Assembly: GCF_006345805.1 (NCBI RefSeq)
Contig: NC_043020.1
Coordinates: 12,586,001-12,650,000 of the forward strand
Direction of reading: 5' to 3'
Source of the DNA: Octopus sinensis
Taxonomy: Eukaryota
DNA: 64,000 nt
Below, piece by piece: positions 60,391 to 64,000 of this stretch. Position numbers and translations under genes: made by a program. The notes beneath the pieces were generated by a model. It searched no databases. It was not told the origin of the DNA and saw only the letters and a program-made list of their open reading frames with translations. Within the stretch, counting starts at the first letter, position 1. Every line of letters starts with the position of its first letter.

Positions 60391-61020
60391 CATCATCATC
60401 ATCATCATCATCATCGTTTAGCGTCCGCTTTCCATGCTAGCATGGGTTGGACGGTTCAACTGGGGTCTTGGAAGCAGAAGGCTGCACCAGGCCCAGTCTG
60501 ATCTGGCAGTGTTTCTACAGCTGGATGCCCTTCCTAACGCCAACCACTCTGTGAGTGTAGTGGGTGCTTCTATTATAGCCTCGGGCTGACCAAAGCCTTG
60601 TGAGTGGCTTTGGTAGACGGAAACTGAAAGAAGCCTGTCGTATATATGTATATATATATGTGTGTGTGTATGTGTGTATGTATGTGTTGTATATGTTTGT
60701 GTGTCTGTGTTTGCCCCCCCTCCCCAACATTGCTTGACAACCGATGCTGGTGTGTTTTACATCCCTGTAACTTCATCATCATCATCATCATCGTTTAGCG
60801 TCCACTTTCCATGCTAGCATGGGTTGGACGGTTCAACTGGGGTCTGGGAAGCCAGAAGGCTGCACCAGGCCCAGTCTGATCTGGCAGTGTTTCTACAGCT
60901 GGATGCCCTTCCTAACGCCAACCACTCTGTGTGTGTAGTGGGTGCTTTTTACGTGCCACCGACACAGGTGCCAGACGAGGCTGGCAAACGGCCACGATCA
61001 GATGGTGCTTTTTACGTGTT
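60391..61020. mobile_element. RTE tail (-) / SINE A (+) / RTE tail (-) chimera
   Basis: Junction gtgggtgcttctattatagcc at about 60565. Confidence 0.78.
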
Positions 61021-61640
61021 TATACCTCATTCAGAGATTTATTATAACTTAATTATCATTAAGCTAGTATTAGGAACATAAATTGTGACTAAGGTTTGAT
61101 GGGAGATTTTAATTCAAAACTTATGAAAATAAGACATTTCTACTACAGAGCCAGAGGTGGTTTCAGCCAGTTTGGTATTGAAAGGGTTAACTCAGCAAAG
61201 CTGCTAGCTGGCAGGAACGTTAGCACACTAGGCAAAATGCTTAGCCGTATTTTGTCTGTCTTTAAGTTCTGTGTTCAAATTCCGCGAAAGTTGACTTTGC
61301 CTTTCATCTTATCAGGGCCAATAAATTAAGTACCAGTTGCATACTGGAAAGACTAGTCCCCTCCCCAAAAATTTCGGGCCTTGTGCCTAGAGTAGAAAAA
61401 AAATTTGATTAACACAGCCTTAACCCCTTAGTGTTCAGATTACTCTGTTAAATGTAATACTTATTCACTCAAATTGTTTTGAATTAATCATGCATTATCT
61501 TATAGCTTTGAGGTTTCAATGATGTGATTGCTTATTTTTAGAATGTCAATGTAGGTTAGGTTTGAAGGGCTAGATATTCCCAGTTTGATTATAAAACATA
61601 TAGAATATTTGGGCCAGATATGGCCGGTTTAAACACTAAA

Positions 61641-62094
61641 GTGTCTTCTGCTATAGCGTTAGATCAACCAAAGCCTTGTGAGTGGATTTGGTAGATGGAA
61701 AATGATAGAAGCCCATCTGTTTCTTTATTACCCACAAGGGGCTAAATATAGAGGGGACAAACAAGGACAGACAAACGGATTAAGTCGATTGCATCGACTC
61801 CGAAAGGATGAAAGGCAGAGTCGACCTCGGTGGAATTTGCTCAGAACACAACAGCAGATGAAATACGGCTACGCATTTCGCCCGGCGTGCTAACGTTTCT
61901 GCTAGCTTGCCGCCTTGATAGAAGCCCATCATATCTGCGTGTGTGTGTGTGTGTATGTATGTGTGTGTGTGTTTTTATGTCTGTCTTTTTCCCACCACCA
62001 CTTGACACTTGGTGTTGATGTGTTTACATCCTCATAACTTAGTGGTTTGGCAAAAGAGATCAATGGAATAAATATCTCCTGCTTAAAAAAAAAC
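61641..62094 (+). mobile_element. Second copy of the SINE A::SINE C composite at 49856-50300
   Basis: Same insertion site, TSD and private mutations. Confidence 0.85.
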
Positions 62095-62099
62095 AGACA

Positions 62100-62522
62100 C
62101 TCTTTACTCATTTTTACTCTTTTACTCTTTTACTTGTTTCAGTCATTTGACTGCGGCCATGCTGGAGCACCACCTTTTAGTCGAGCAAATCGACCCCGGG
62201 ACTTATTCTTTGTAAGCCCAGTACTTATTCTATCGGTCTCTTTTGCCGAACCGCTAAGTGACGGGGACGTAAACACACCAGCATCGGTTGTCAAGCAATG
62301 CTAGGGGACAAACACAGACACACAAACACATACACACACACACACATATATACATACATATATACGACAGGCTTCTTTCAGTTTCCGTCTACCAAATCCA
62401 CTCACAAGGCATTGGTCGGCCCGGGGCTATAGCAGAAGACACTTGCCCAAGATGCCACGCAGTGGGACTGAACCCGGAACCATGTGGTTGGTTAGCAAGC
62501 TACTTACCACACAGCCACTCCT
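62100..62522 (-). mobile_element. SINE family A
   Basis: Full copy. Confidence 0.87.
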
Positions 62523-62574
62523 GCGCCTTTGTTATAGAAATTATAATAAAAATGCCAAATAAATTCCAACTCAC

Positions 62575-62748
62575 ATTCTTTGTGCAAGAAGACAAGCATG
62601 TATGCTTGACGATCAGAGAACTCGCTCTCTTGGCCGGTCTTATTGGTCAGATGCAAAAACTGGACCTTCAAGAAATTGACTCTTTCGATATTCAGTGAAA
62701 ACAAGCGATTTGGGGTGAGAATCTCGGCCAGAAATGCTGTGTAAATTT
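62575..62748 (-). CDS. GSAP: GSAP exon 2 (174 nt, phase 1-1; IYTAFLAEILTPNRLFSLNIERVNFLKVQFLH...QAYMLVFLHKE)
   Basis: Acceptor tttattccag|, donor |gtgagt; KVQFLH resembles the recalled GSAP WVQFLY motif. Confidence 0.88.
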
Positions 62749-62935
62749 CTGGAATAAATTGACAGAAAAAAATTAAATTAATTAAAACATCAAAGCAGAT
62801 TGTTTAACAAAAACCATTGCAACTTATGTCAAAAAACCAATTTTATAAAGCATTGTTTAGCCTAGGGCTACAAGTAAATATGCTTGTCTGAATGTACTAC
62901 AATCAGTTGATAATTCTTACAAACTAATTATGGTT

Positions 62936-63210
62936 ATGTGAGGTATACTTGCCATCTCAATATGGCTAACCACTAAGGGTGGGTGTTACTGTAGCTTGTA
63001 GCCCCAGGAGAACATCTCCTCCAGCTGGCTTTAGGCACACTTTCTGTGCCCTTATGGTATTTGCAAAGGATGACCTCCCTTTGCAAATACCATAAGGCAC
63101 AGAAAGTGTGCCTAAAGCCAGCTGGAGACGATGTTCTCCTGCGGCTACAAGCTACAGTAACACCCACCCTTAGTGGTTAGCCATATTGAGATGGCAAGTA
63201 TACCTCACAT
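62936..63210. repeat. Foldback element: arms of about 134 bp (3 mismatches, 1 indel) and an 8-nt loop
   Basis: atgtgaggtatacttgcc...tttgcaaagg-atgacctc-cctttgcaaa...ggcaagtatacctcacat. Confidence 0.92.
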
Positions 63211-63801
63211 TGTCGTGCAGTTACTGTTTATACCTCGTTCAGAGATTTATTATTAATTATGGTTAATTTACTCATTACAGTAATTAGAACTGTTGCCATG
63301 CTTGGACACTAATTTGAAAAATTGTAGCCAAATTTATCAACCTCAGTACTTATTATTCTTTTGTAAAGCCTGATAATTATTCAATCAGTCCCTTTAGCTG
63401 AACCGCTAAGTTACAGGGACATACACACACCGACACTGGTTGTGAAGCAGTCGTGGAGGACAAACAGATGCAAAGACATGCATGGACACACGGACACACA
63501 TGTATGACAGACTTCTTTCAGTTTCTGCCTACCAAATCCACTCACAAGGCTTTAGTTGGCCTGAGGCTATAGTAGAAGGCACTTGCCCAAGGTACCATGC
63601 AGTGGGACTGAACCCAAAACCATGTGGTTGGGAAGCAAGCTTTTTACCACACAGCCACACCTGCTTGTGCCTATGATATTAAAATCATGCTAAACAAACC
63701 TAATAAATTGTAAAAAAATAATGCAATAAGTTTTGAAGGTGAGAAAATTTAAGAGAATTTAAAATGTTTTGAATAGGAATAAAACTGAGAAAGATACTCA
63801 C

Positions 63802-63846
63802 TTTGGCCAGCAAATTCATCAACCATTTCAGTTAGGATTGTAAAAG
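63802..63846 (-). CDS. GSAP: GSAP exon 1 of those visible (45 nt, phase 1-1; AFTILTEMVDEFAGQK); upstream exons lie outside the window
   Basis: Acceptor ctctttgaag|, donor |gtgagt; phase-compatible with the next exon. Confidence 0.75.
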
Positions 63847-64000
63847 CTTCAAAGAGACGCAAAATAGACAAAAATTTACAGACCCATCAAACTCATGGCA
63901 AAGAAAATGAACAAAAAATTAAAAGAGAAAAAACAAATGTAAGAACCATTAATCACACACACACACACAAAGAGAAATAGGGTGAACAATGGAAAAAGTT

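Overview
Repeat-saturated eukaryotic genomic DNA, very probably Octopus (inferred from the SINE families and microsatellite load). Almost the whole window is one minus-strand gene that the ORF track misses: GSAP (gamma-secretase-activating protein / Drosophila pigeon). I reconstructed 24 GT-AG exons from 63846 down to 1315. They total 2364 nt (about 788 codons), every junction is in phase, and several motifs match GSAP/pigeon as I recall it (no database search was run). The 5' exons lie beyond the window and the final exon(s) were not found. One exon is tandemly duplicated, and the second copy is frameshifted. The introns hold a near-full-length decayed RTE LINE and many RTE 3' ends, R4/Dong-type and CR1 LINE fragments, at least four tRNA-derived SINE families, non-autonomous Helitrons, piggyBac/Tc1-mariner/hAT-type MITEs and transposase scraps, a 5S rRNA pseudogene, long hairpins and large micro/minisatellites. 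Most notable: (1) a tRNA-headed SINE whose 3' tail carries a minimal Penelope-type hammerhead-ribozyme fold, plus a second unrelated hammerhead-like module; (2) an exactly resolvable three-layer nest (hammerhead SINE > Dong in its (AAT)n linker > RTE in the Dong PD nuclease motif); (3) a 16 x 65-bp minisatellite born from an RTE 3'UTR module; (4) a perfect hairpin whose loop is a 17-nt RTE stub; (5) a SINE-in-SINE composite copied 11.8 kb away.
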